Assembly (NCBI GenBank): GCA_964583105.1
Contig: CAZOUV010000003.1
Location: forward strand, 14,946-78,945
Source of the DNA: an uncultured Gammaproteobacteria bacterium
GTDB lineage: Bacteria; Patescibacteriota; Microgenomatia; UBA8517
Reading direction: 5' to 3'
DNA: 64,000 nucleotides
The translations under genes and the position numbers were made by a program. The notes under the pieces were generated by a model. The model worked only from the letters and a program-made list of their open reading frames with translations. It searched no databases and had not been told where the DNA came from. This document shows, piece after piece, positions 27,987-36,202 of this stretch. Each line of letters starts with the position of its first letter. Within the stretch, counting starts at the first letter, position 1.

Positions 27987-30194
27987 TTAGAGGGGGTATC
28001 TAATTACTGCCGAGGTTGAAGCGATGGGGCATTCCATGCAGTAAATAGTCCCTAAAGGATCTATATAAACGGCTTTGTTTTGCGTAGATATTTGATCCGG
28101 GGGGGTATCCTGAGTTGCCTGTTGTTGTGTTGAATTAAGAATTGTAATATCCATTCGTTGTCCTGTTGTTTTTTCGGGGATAGATCCTTCCATAAAGTAT
28201 TCAAATCTGGTAGGACAACCCGCAGCTTCTCCTTCACCCAGAGGTAAAAGTCCATCAACCGCGCAAACCGTTTTTCCAATAATTGAGTCCGGTTGGCCCG
28301 GCCATGAATGACCTTCCTCTTCTTTGTTATATATTCCTTTCTCGGATTTATCTAGAACAGCTTTCATAATTTTATTCCAAATAGGTGAAGCTCCTGAAAC
28401 TCCCGAAACAGCTCCTCCCATGGGGGCGTTATCGTTGTTCCCGACCCAGGTTACAACCACCGCTTGGGGAGTAAATCCAATTGTCCAATTATCACGTCTG
28501 TCGTTAGTTGTTCCGGTTTTGACCGATACTTCGGGATGGCCCTTGACATTTAAGTATGAGGATTCTCCAAAAGCCTGCATTCTAGCATTATTATCAAGTA
28601 GTGCATGAGATATTAAAAAAGTTACGTCTGGAGGAAGCACTCTTTCACCATTAAGTTCAATATCTGCGATTTTTGTTTCCTGGTAAACTTTTCCCTTCCA
28701 GTCAGTGACCTTGGTTATAGCGATTAAATCCTCTTTGATTCCACTGTTTGCAAAAACTCCGAAGGCAACTGCCATGTCGTAGGGTCTAACTTCTCCTCCC
28801 CCTAAAGTCAAAGAAAGTCCGTATTGATCAGGATCCGTTAAGGTGGTTAAACCCATTTGATTGGCAAAATAAACAAGATTGTCAACACCGTTTAAAGCAA
28901 GAATTCTGACGGCAGGAATATTGTATGAATTTCCCAATGCAAATCTTGCCTGTACAAGCCCATGGAATGTTCCGTCATAATTTACGGGACAATAATCGGG
29001 TTGGCCGGCAACCTTAAAACAAGTTGGTACATCCGCAAGAGCTGTTGCCAAATTTATTTTGTTGTCCTTTAGGGCCAAAGCGTAGTTAATAGGTTTTATT
29101 GACGAACCGGGTTGTCTTTTGGCTAAGATAACATTTACTTTCCCATCTTCGTCTTCAGCAAAGTAGTCATAAGAACCCACCATCGCCAAAATCTCTCCAG
29201 TTGCCGGTTTTGTAACAATTGCCGCACCGTTTCCAACCTTTTGTTTTTTAAGTTTTGCAACTTCAGTAGCAACTGTAGCTTGGGCCAGATCTTGTAAATC
29301 AAGATCGAGGGTGGTATTAACTCTTAATCCACCTTGTTCTACAAGCCTTTCTCCGTATTTTTCAGTTAAAAGTTCTTTTACCCAAAGGGCAAAATGCGGC
29401 GATTTTGGAGGGGTGATGTTTGCATACTTAAGTTCTTCGGCCAAAGTTTTATCAGCTTCTTCTTGGGTTATTTTTTTGTTTTCAACCATATTTTTAAGTA
29501 CTGTTTTTTGTCTCTCTTTTGCATATTCGGGATGTGCACCAAAGGGGGAATATCTTGTCGGGGATTGGGGAAGGCCCGCTAAAAGAGCCGCTTCGGCAAG
29601 ACTTAAGTCTTTGGCGGATTTATCAAAATAAAGTTCGCTGGCTGTTTCAATTCCGTATGCTGTTGAGCCATAGGGGATTTGATTTAAATACATCTCAAGT
29701 ATCTTATCTTTGGTATAGATGGTTTCAACAACTAAAGTTAATGCGAACTCCCGGATTTTTCTTCTGATAGTTCTTTCCTGAGTTAAAAGCGAATTTTTGA
29801 CAAGTTGTTGGGTCAAGGTGGAGCCTCCTTGAAGTTTTCTTTTAAAAACAATATTAAAAACACTTCTTATTATCCCTGTCGTCGAAAATCCAGAATGTTT
29901 ATAAAAGTCCTTGTCTTCAATAGATATTGTTGCATCTATTACATGTTTGGGAATATCTTTTAGGTCGATAGGACTTCTTCTTTGCTGGGTGTAAATTTCG
30001 TAAATTAATTTTCCATTTCTGTCAAATAATTTTGTTGAAACAGGAATTGCGTCCGATGAAAGTTTGGTGGGAAGCGGTATTCCCCAGAACAACCAGAGAA
30101 ATAGAGAAATTGTAACGGTAAAAAAAATTAACTTTTTTCGGTTTTTCTCTACCTTTAAAAATAATTTTACTTTTTCGAAAAAACTAACTCTCAT
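27987..30194 (-). CDS. penicillin-binding protein 1A (second paralogue)
   Basis: 'EDKDFYKHSGF', 'GGSTLTQQLVKN', 'PGSSIK', 'SYN' and 'KTGTTND'. Confidence 0.9.
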   Translation of the reverse strand: MRVSFFEKVKLFLKVEKNRKKLIFFTVTISLFLWLFWGIPLPTKLSSDAIPVSTKLFDRNGKLIYEIYTQQRRSPIDLKDIPKHVIDATISIEDKDFYKHSGFSTTGIIRSVFNIVFKRKLQGGSTLTQQLVKNSLLTQERTIRRKIREFALTLVVETIYTKDKILEMYLNQIPYGSTAYGIETASELYFDKSAKDLSLAEAALLAGLPQSPTRYSPFGAHPEYAKERQKTVLKNMVENKKITQEEADKTLAEELKYANITPPKSPHFALWVKELLTEKYGERLVEQGGLRVNTTLDLDLQDLAQATVATEVAKLKKQKVGNGAAIVTKPATGEILAMVGSYDYFAEDEDGKVNVILAKRQPGSSIKPINYALALKDNKINLATALADVPTCFKVAGQPDYCPVNYDGTFHGLVQARFALGNSYNIPAVRILALNGVDNLVYFANQMGLTTLTDPDQYGLSLTLGGGEVRPYDMAVAFGVFANSGIKEDLIAITKVTDWKGKVYQETKIADIELNGERVLPPDVTFLISHALLDNNARMQAFGESSYLNVKGHPEVSVKTGTTNDRRDNWTIGFTPQAVVVTWVGNNDNAPMGGAVSGVSGASPIWNKIMKAVLDKSEKGIYNKEEEGHSWPGQPDSIIGKTVCAVDGLLPLGEGEAAGCPTRFEYFMEGSIPEKTTGQRMDITILNSTQQQATQDTPPDQISTQNKAVYIDPLGTIYCMECPIASTSAVIRYPL

Positions 30195-30212
30195 GATATA
30201 TTGATATTATAT

Positions 30213-30698
30213 ATGGACGAGAGCCTTAAAAAGAAGTCTTGGTGGCTAAATTTGGAAACAGATATCCAAGAACTTCTAGAAGAGTCTTTTTTACTCCTCG
30301 AACTTTTTGAAAAAGAACCGGGAAAATTTAAAGATTATTCCTTCGTGGTTTTCCCTGCGGCCAAAGCATATGAGGGATTCCTTAAAAAATTGTTTTTGGA
30401 TAAAGGTTTCATTACAAAAGAGGATTACTTCGGAAAAAAATTTAGAATAGGTAAATCCCTAAATCCTTATTTGGATAAAGAACTAAGAGACGAAAGTGTA
30501 TATGACAAGATAGTAGCTCATTGCGGCGGTAAATTTCTGGCAGATCTTTTCTGGGAAACTTGGAAAAGTTGTCGAAATATTGTTTTTCATTGGTTTCCCG
30601 ATGAAAAAAATATAGTTACACTACCTGAGGCTGGGCAAAAACTGGAAATGATAGTTACTGCAATTGATGAAGCAAATAAAGCGTGCCATACTAAATAA
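30213..30698 (+). CDS. hypothetical helical protein with HEPN-like Rx4H motif
   Basis: The C-terminal 'CRNIVFHW' fits Rx4H. The start is TTG 30201 or ATG 30213. The stop abuts the start of the CPBP gene. Confidence 0.35.
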   Translation: MDESLKKKSWWLNLETDIQELLEESFLLLELFEKEPGKFKDYSFVVFPAAKAYEGFLKKLFLDKGFITKEDYFGKKFRIGKSLNPYLDKELRDESVYDKIVAHCGGKFLADLFWETWKSCRNIVFHWFPDEKNIVTLPEAGQKLEMIVTAIDEANKACHTK

Positions 30699-31346
30699 AT
30701 GCTTAAAAAAGAGAAAATAATCAAAAACATTACCGTATACGCGATTTATATACTGATTATCTGGGGTTTTTATAGAGTTTTATTTAAACTTCCCGATAAT
30801 TTAGAAGAACTGATATTAAAACCGATCATCTGGCTTACTCCACTTATATTTCTTCTTAAAAAGGAAAAACTAGGGATCGGTTCTTTGGGAGTAACCCTAA
30901 AGAACTTATTCCCTGCAGTTTATTTAAGTTTGGGTCTGGGTGCAATTTTTGCAATTGAAGCAATATTTTTAAATTTCTTAAAATATAAAACTTTTAATTT
31001 TGGATCAAACATTGGGGAGGGGGGATTGGTGCTATCGCTGATTATTTCTTTCGCAACAGCCTTTTCAGAGGAAATTTCTTTTAGGGGTTATATCTTTAAC
31101 AGATTATGGAGTGTTTTGAATAACGAATGGCTTGCCAATTTTGTTACTAGTACTATCTGGTCACTGGTTCATGTGCCGATAACCATATTTGTTTGGAAGT
31201 TAAGTTTATCTGCAGCAATTTTATACCTATTTCTGACATTTCTTTTTGGGCTTGGATCGGCCTTTGTCTTTGCTAAAACCAAAAACGTATTTTCCTCAGT
31301 TTTTCTCCATGTCCTCTGGCAGTGGCCGATTATTCTTTTTAGATAA
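30699..31346 (+). CDS. CPBP family intramembrane glutamic endopeptidase (CAAX/Abi)
   Basis: 'FSEEISFRGYIFNRL', 'LVHVP' and 'FLHVLWQ'. Confidence 0.8.
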   Translation: MLKKEKIIKNITVYAIYILIIWGFYRVLFKLPDNLEELILKPIIWLTPLIFLLKKEKLGIGSLGVTLKNLFPAVYLSLGLGAIFAIEAIFLNFLKYKTFNFGSNIGEGGLVLSLIISFATAFSEEISFRGYIFNRLWSVLNNEWLANFVTSTIWSLVHVPITIFVWKLSLSAAILYLFLTFLFGLGSAFVFAKTKNVFSSVFLHVLWQWPIILFR

Positions 31347-31406
31347 CAACTTTTCTTAATTTTGTTTGACTTAGATTGAGTAAAGAAGTAGTATTGTTAC
31401 TACCTG

Positions 31407-32048
31407 ATGTTAAAAAGGATTGCGTTAATTTTGTCCACAGTTATTTTTGCATTCTTTATTCTTTCAATTTCTGTTTTAAGATCTTCAGCAATAAGACCCA
31501 ACATTAGAGTTTATTCCGCAACCCCAAGACCCGAGTTAAACAAAGAAGGCGTAGATAATAATATTGAAGTGCTTTATATCATGCCTTATTGTGGAAGAAT
31601 CCTTCCCGATAGTCCAATTTGGCCATTAAAGGCGTTAAGGGACAGGCTTTGGATGCTTGTAACAACAAATAACATGAGGAAGGCCGAACTTTCTTTGTTA
31701 TTTGCAGATAAAAGATTAATGTCATCATATGAACTTTTCAAATTAAACAAACCCCAAATAGCTTTAACGACACTGACAAAAGCAGAAAAATACTTAGAGG
31801 AAGCAAGTATTATTGAGAAGGAAGAAAGGGCAAGGGGGGTGGATACAAAATCATTTTTAATTACTTTAGCAACTGCCTCCTTGAAACACCGTGAAGTTAT
31901 TGAAGAGATGTTAGCCTTTGTTCCTGATGACATAAAACCGAGTGTTATAAAAACAGAAGATTATGCCAAGATTATATTTAAGGAGACCCATGAAGTTCTA
32001 CAATCCTTTGGAATATCTACGCCCGAAAGCCCCTTCGATATCAACTAA
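31407..32048 (+). CDS. DUF5667-like secreted protein
   Basis: Signal-anchor followed by 'LPDSPIWPLKALRDRLWMLVT..AELSLLFADKRL'. Confidence 0.55.
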   Translation: MLKRIALILSTVIFAFFILSISVLRSSAIRPNIRVYSATPRPELNKEGVDNNIEVLYIMPYCGRILPDSPIWPLKALRDRLWMLVTTNNMRKAELSLLFADKRLMSSYELFKLNKPQIALTTLTKAEKYLEEASIIEKEERARGVDTKSFLITLATASLKHREVIEEMLAFVPDDIKPSVIKTEDYAKIIFKETHEVLQSFGISTPESPFDIN

Positions 32049-32195
32049 ATTTCTCTTTTGGTATTAATTATTTCTCCATGTATTTTTTGTTAAGTTTTGT
32101 TTTTTGATAATTACCGAAAAATTATTGCGGTAATATCAACTTTTTCAGGCATAACCTGAATTTGAAGTGATCTTTTTTGACACAATTATTGCTAG

Positions 32196-32248
32196 TTGAC
32201 TGTCCATAAGTGGTGTTGATATATGTGTACTGTAACTATAGATAGTGT
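32196..32248 (+). promoter_or_regulatory. nrdR-nrdJ promoter with candidate NrdR box
   Basis: TTGACT(32196-201)-17/18-(A)TATAT(G). 'TAACTATAGATAGTGT' (32233-48) matches 13/16 positions of the NrdR-box consensus as I recall it (acaCwAtATaTwgtgt). A weaker half-site 'ATATGTGT' ends 20 bp upstream. Confidence 0.35.
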
Positions 32249-32282
32249 TTTTTGTTTTCATTAGTGAAACCGGAAAATCAAT

Positions 32283-32741
32283 ATGAAGTGTCCTTTTTGT
32301 AAATTTAACGATTCTGAAGTTTTGGAGTCAAGGGTTACCGAAAACGGAAGTTGCATAAGAAGAAGGAGGTCTTGCCCTAAATGCAAAAAAAGATTTACAA
32401 CACAGGAAAAGATTAAAGATTCGGTTATTTGGGTGATTAAAAAAGACGGAAGACGGGAACTTTTTGATAGAGAAAAAGTAAAAAGGGGGATTGTAAGGGC
32501 TTTGGAAAAAAGACCGGTGGGAATGAACGTTGTTGACGAGATAGTTAACGAAATCGAAAGAGAGATGCTTGGAGAGGAAAAGGAAGAAATTCCCACAACG
32601 GTAATTGGAAAAGCGGTTTTAAGAAAACTTAAGAAAATCGACAAAGTAGCGTGGTTGAGGTTTGCAAGTGTCTATTTTGAATTTGAAAATTTGGATGATT
32701 TCGAAAAGATAATTGATAAAAAACAAATGGGCAAAAAATAA
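32283..32741 (+). CDS. nrdR: transcriptional repressor NrdR
   Basis: 'MKCPFCKFNDSEVLESR..RRRRSCPKCKKRFTTQE' forms a zinc ribbon, followed by an ATP-cone. Confidence 0.95.
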   Translation: MKCPFCKFNDSEVLESRVTENGSCIRRRRSCPKCKKRFTTQEKIKDSVIWVIKKDGRRELFDREKVKRGIVRALEKRPVGMNVVDEIVNEIEREMLGEEKEEIPTTVIGKAVLRKLKKIDKVAWLRFASVYFEFENLDDFEKIIDKKQMGKK

Positions 32742-32742
32742 A

Positions 32743-35307
32743 ATGTTGCAAAAAATTACAAAAGAAAAAAATAAACAAAGAAAAACCGCTATTAAAAAAA
32801 GTTATACAAACGGTACAAACGGTCACTCAAAAAATTTTCATCTTTCTCTAGATTCATTGGTTTTTTTACCCTACGAAAAGATAAAAGAAGAGATACATAA
32901 AAAAATAGGTTACATGCCAGATAAACCCAAAGATTTGAAAAAGGGTTTTTGGACAGAACAAGCTGTTAAGGTATTAAGTGAGAGATATTTAATGAAAGAC
33001 GCTAAAGGGAAGATTATTGAAACACCTGAAGATTTGTGCTGGAGAGTTGCCTGGGAAGTTGCTTCCGCTGAAGCAAGATGGGGAAAAACCAAAAAGGAAG
33101 TATTAGATATTGCTAAAACATTTTACAACCTTTTGATTGGCCATGAATTTCTTCCTAACTCTCCGACACTAATGAATGCTGGAACGGAAAACCATTTACA
33201 ATATTCTGCCTGTTTCGTGATTCCAGTTGAAGATTCAATTGAAGGGATTTTTGATGCACTGAAATATCAAGCACTGATTCATAAAACCGGAGGAGGAACA
33301 GGATTTTCTTTTTCAAGACTTAGGCCCAACGGGTCGATGGTTAAAACTTCTTCAGGTACAGCATCGGGCCCAGTTTCTTTTATGAGGATTTTTGATGCTG
33401 CCACCAATGAAGTGAAACAGGGCGGTAAAAGAAGGGGTGCAAACATGGGCATTTTAAGAGTTGACCATCCTGATATTTTGGAATTTATTCATTGCAAGGA
33501 AAATGGAGGAATAACGAATTTTAATATTTCAGTGGGGATTACAGATAAATTTATGCATGCTTACAAAGAAGGAAAGGAATATGAACTTGTTAATCCCAAA
33601 ACAAAAGAAGTTTCAGGAAAACTTTCGGCAAAAAAGGTTTTCGATGAAATTGTCAAACTTGCTTGGAAAACGGGAGACCCGGGAATAATATTTATAGACA
33701 GAATTAATACGGGTTCTGCAAATCCAATTCCTTCATTGGGACCAATAGAATCAACAAACCCTTGCGGAGAACAGCCTTTATACCCCTTTGATTCATGTAA
33801 TTTGGGAAGTATTTTTTTAAATTATTTTGTTAAAAAAGAAGAAAATAAAAGCACTATTGATTGGGATAAGTTGGAGCAGGTAACCAAAAAAGCTGTAAGG
33901 TTTTTAGATAATGTAATCGAAGTCAATCCATATACTCTTCCCCAAATAAGACAAACAACGCTTGCCATAAGAAGAATTGGGCTTGGGGTAGCCGGTTGGG
34001 CGGACCTTTTGATTGAATTAGGAATTTCCTATGGTAGTCAGGAGGCCTTAGATCTTGCTAAAAAGTTAATGAGTTTTGTTAACCAAAAAGCAAAAGAAGA
34101 GTCGTATCAGCTTGCTAAAGAAAGAGGACCGTTTCCTCTTTGGCAGGAAAGTATTTACAAAGATGATTTTCCCAGAAGAAATTCGACACTTACAACAATT
34201 GCTCCGACCGGGACAATATCAATAATTGCAGGTTCTTCTAGTGGGATTGAACCCCTTTTTGCAATTGCATATGAACATATAGTTAGGGATAAACACCTGG
34301 ATAGAAAACTTGCTTTTGTTAACCCGAAATTTGAAGAAGTATTAAGAGAAAAGGAAATTTGGTCTGATGAAATTAAGAATAAGCTGGCAAAAACAGGAGT
34401 AGTTGGGCAAATAGCAGAAATTCCTGAAGAGATAAGAAAAGTTTTTTCAACTGCCCATGAAATTGAACCCGTTTGGCATATCAAAATGCAGGCCGTGTTT
34501 CAAGAAAATACCGAGAATGCGGTTTCAAAAACAATTAATCTAAGACATGATTCTAGGGAAGAAGATGTTAAAAATGCGTATCTTCTTGCCTGGGATATGG
34601 GATGTAAGGGAATAACCATATTTAGGGACGGCAGTAAGGGAGAACAAGTTTTAAACCTTGGTTTAAACGATAAAAAAGAAACAAACGGAGTTGTCAAAGA
34701 ATCTCACAATGAGCCCTTAGTAACAAGACCATATAAAGTTTCCGGTTCAACCTACAGAATTACAACTCCGGTAGGAACAGCGTTTATTACAATTAATGAA
34801 AACGAAAGTAAAGAACCGATTGAACTTTTTATAAATATTGGGAAAGCGGGAAGTGATCTTGCCGCAATGGCTGAGGCTTTAGGAAGAACAATTTCGACCG
34901 CCTTTAGGTTTCGAGGAGAACTTTCCCCCAAAGAAAGGGCTAAAGAAATTGCCTTTCAACTTTCGGGAATTGGAGGAAGAAGGTCGATAGGTTTCGGACC
35001 CGCAAAAATTCTTTCTCTTCCGGATGCGGTGAGCATTGCTCTTTCCAGTCATTACAATTTTAAAATCAACGGAAATTTAATGGTCGGAAGTATTTTAGGA
35101 GGAAACGGGGTCTTAGCAAGCGGAACCGTACCTACTGTGAGGGCTACCCAGCATCAGGAAACTGATGCAACCTTAGACCCCGCAGCAGTTGCGATTTCGC
35201 TTAGTGAGACTCATGTAGGAGATATCTGCCCGTCCTGCGGGGCATCGGCTCTTGTCAACGAAGAAGGCTGTTCCAAGTGTCATGCTTGCGGACATTCGGA
35301 GTGTTAG
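32743..35307 (+). CDS. nrdJ: adenosylcobalamin-dependent ribonucleotide reductase (class II)
   Basis: 'LPNSPTLMNAG', 'ESTNPCGEQPL' and the C-terminal 'CPSCGAS..CSKCHACGHSEC'. I prefer ATG 32743, just after the nrdR stop. Confidence 0.9.
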   Translation: MLQKITKEKNKQRKTAIKKSYTNGTNGHSKNFHLSLDSLVFLPYEKIKEEIHKKIGYMPDKPKDLKKGFWTEQAVKVLSERYLMKDAKGKIIETPEDLCWRVAWEVASAEARWGKTKKEVLDIAKTFYNLLIGHEFLPNSPTLMNAGTENHLQYSACFVIPVEDSIEGIFDALKYQALIHKTGGGTGFSFSRLRPNGSMVKTSSGTASGPVSFMRIFDAATNEVKQGGKRRGANMGILRVDHPDILEFIHCKENGGITNFNISVGITDKFMHAYKEGKEYELVNPKTKEVSGKLSAKKVFDEIVKLAWKTGDPGIIFIDRINTGSANPIPSLGPIESTNPCGEQPLYPFDSCNLGSIFLNYFVKKEENKSTIDWDKLEQVTKKAVRFLDNVIEVNPYTLPQIRQTTLAIRRIGLGVAGWADLLIELGISYGSQEALDLAKKLMSFVNQKAKEESYQLAKERGPFPLWQESIYKDDFPRRNSTLTTIAPTGTISIIAGSSSGIEPLFAIAYEHIVRDKHLDRKLAFVNPKFEEVLREKEIWSDEIKNKLAKTGVVGQIAEIPEEIRKVFSTAHEIEPVWHIKMQAVFQENTENAVSKTINLRHDSREEDVKNAYLLAWDMGCKGITIFRDGSKGEQVLNLGLNDKKETNGVVKESHNEPLVTRPYKVSGSTYRITTPVGTAFITINENESKEPIELFINIGKAGSDLAAMAEALGRTISTAFRFRGELSPKERAKEIAFQLSGIGGRRSIGFGPAKILSLPDAVSIALSSHYNFKINGNLMVGSILGGNGVLASGTVPTVRATQHQETDATLDPAAVAISLSETHVGDICPSCGASALVNEEGCSKCHACGHSEC

Positions 35308-35319
35308 TAAAAACTTCTA

Positions 35320-35865
35320 ATGACAATCTATACCAAAAAAGGGGATAGGGGAAAAACAGGATTATATTCAACACATAAATCCAAAAATATTAGAGTTGGT
35401 AAGGATTCTTTGATAATCGAAGCAATTGGTTGTATTGATGAGACAAACACTTTTTTGGGTCTTGCAACCTCTTTTATTAAATTCGGTAAACTCAAAAACA
35501 AAGTAATTGAAATACAAAAACATCTTTTTGAAGTGGGGGCAATTCTGGCCGGAGCAAACTTAAATTTAGATGACAGAATTGTTTTACAGATGGAAAAAGA
35601 AATTGATGAAATGGATAAAACGCTCCCAACATTAAAACATTTTATTCTTCCAGGAGGGGGATATGCGGGGAGTCTTTTATTTATGGCCAGAACTTTTGTG
35701 AGACGTGCTGAAAGACGAGTGGTGACAATTTCTAAAAAAAGTAAATTAAATCCCGATTTACTAATTTATCTCAATAGGCTTTCAGATTATGTATTTACCT
35801 TAGCAAGATACTCAAATTTTAAAGAGGGCGGGAAAGAAGAGATTTGGAAGAGCTTTGGGAAATGA
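35320..35865 (+). CDS. pduO: ATP:cob(I)alamin adenosyltransferase, PduO type
   Basis: 'IYTKKGDRGKTGL' and 'FILPGG'. Confidence 0.9.
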   Translation: MTIYTKKGDRGKTGLYSTHKSKNIRVGKDSLIIEAIGCIDETNTFLGLATSFIKFGKLKNKVIEIQKHLFEVGAILAGANLNLDDRIVLQMEKEIDEMDKTLPTLKHFILPGGGYAGSLLFMARTFVRRAERRVVTISKKSKLNPDLLIYLNRLSDYVFTLARYSNFKEGGKEEIWKSFGK

Positions 35866-35880
35866 TACAATTGATGTGCC

Positions 35881-36201
35881 ATGCCCATATTTCCCGAAAG
35901 AGAAAAAAATGTAATTGAAACACCCGAAGAGGCCTCGGCCTTAACTATTGAAAGAAAAGAAGTTGTAACTCCAATTCCAGTTTCTTTTTCCAAACAAGTA
36001 AAAACCGATTCCGGAAAGCCCCTCATGGAAATTCCGGGTCAAGGGGGGAAGATTAAAATAACAATACCCAAGTCTCAGGTTGAATTAGAAACTCTTTCAA
36101 AAGGATCTGTATCAGATTCCATTACCTGGTTTGCTGCGTTTTGGATTAGAATGATTAAGAAAGCTCTGCATTTCGGATGGGAGCTTTTGGGTGGTCACTA
36201 G
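35881..36201 (+). CDS. hypothetical small protein with C-terminal amphipathic/hydrophobic helix
   Basis: 106 aa with 'ITWFAAFWIRMIKKALHFGW'. Its stop lies 1 nt before the ATPase ATG. Confidence 0.45.
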   Translation: MPIFPEREKNVIETPEEASALTIERKEVVTPIPVSFSKQVKTDSGKPLMEIPGQGGKIKITIPKSQVELETLSKGSVSDSITWFAAFWIRMIKKALHFGWELLGGH

Positions 36202-36202
36202 T

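Noticed and set aside
32213-32228. A second NrdR box upstream of the good one.
   Set aside because: Only the right half ('ATATGTGT') fits the consensus, and the AT core is out of register. I kept just the 13/16 box at 32233-48, at low confidence.
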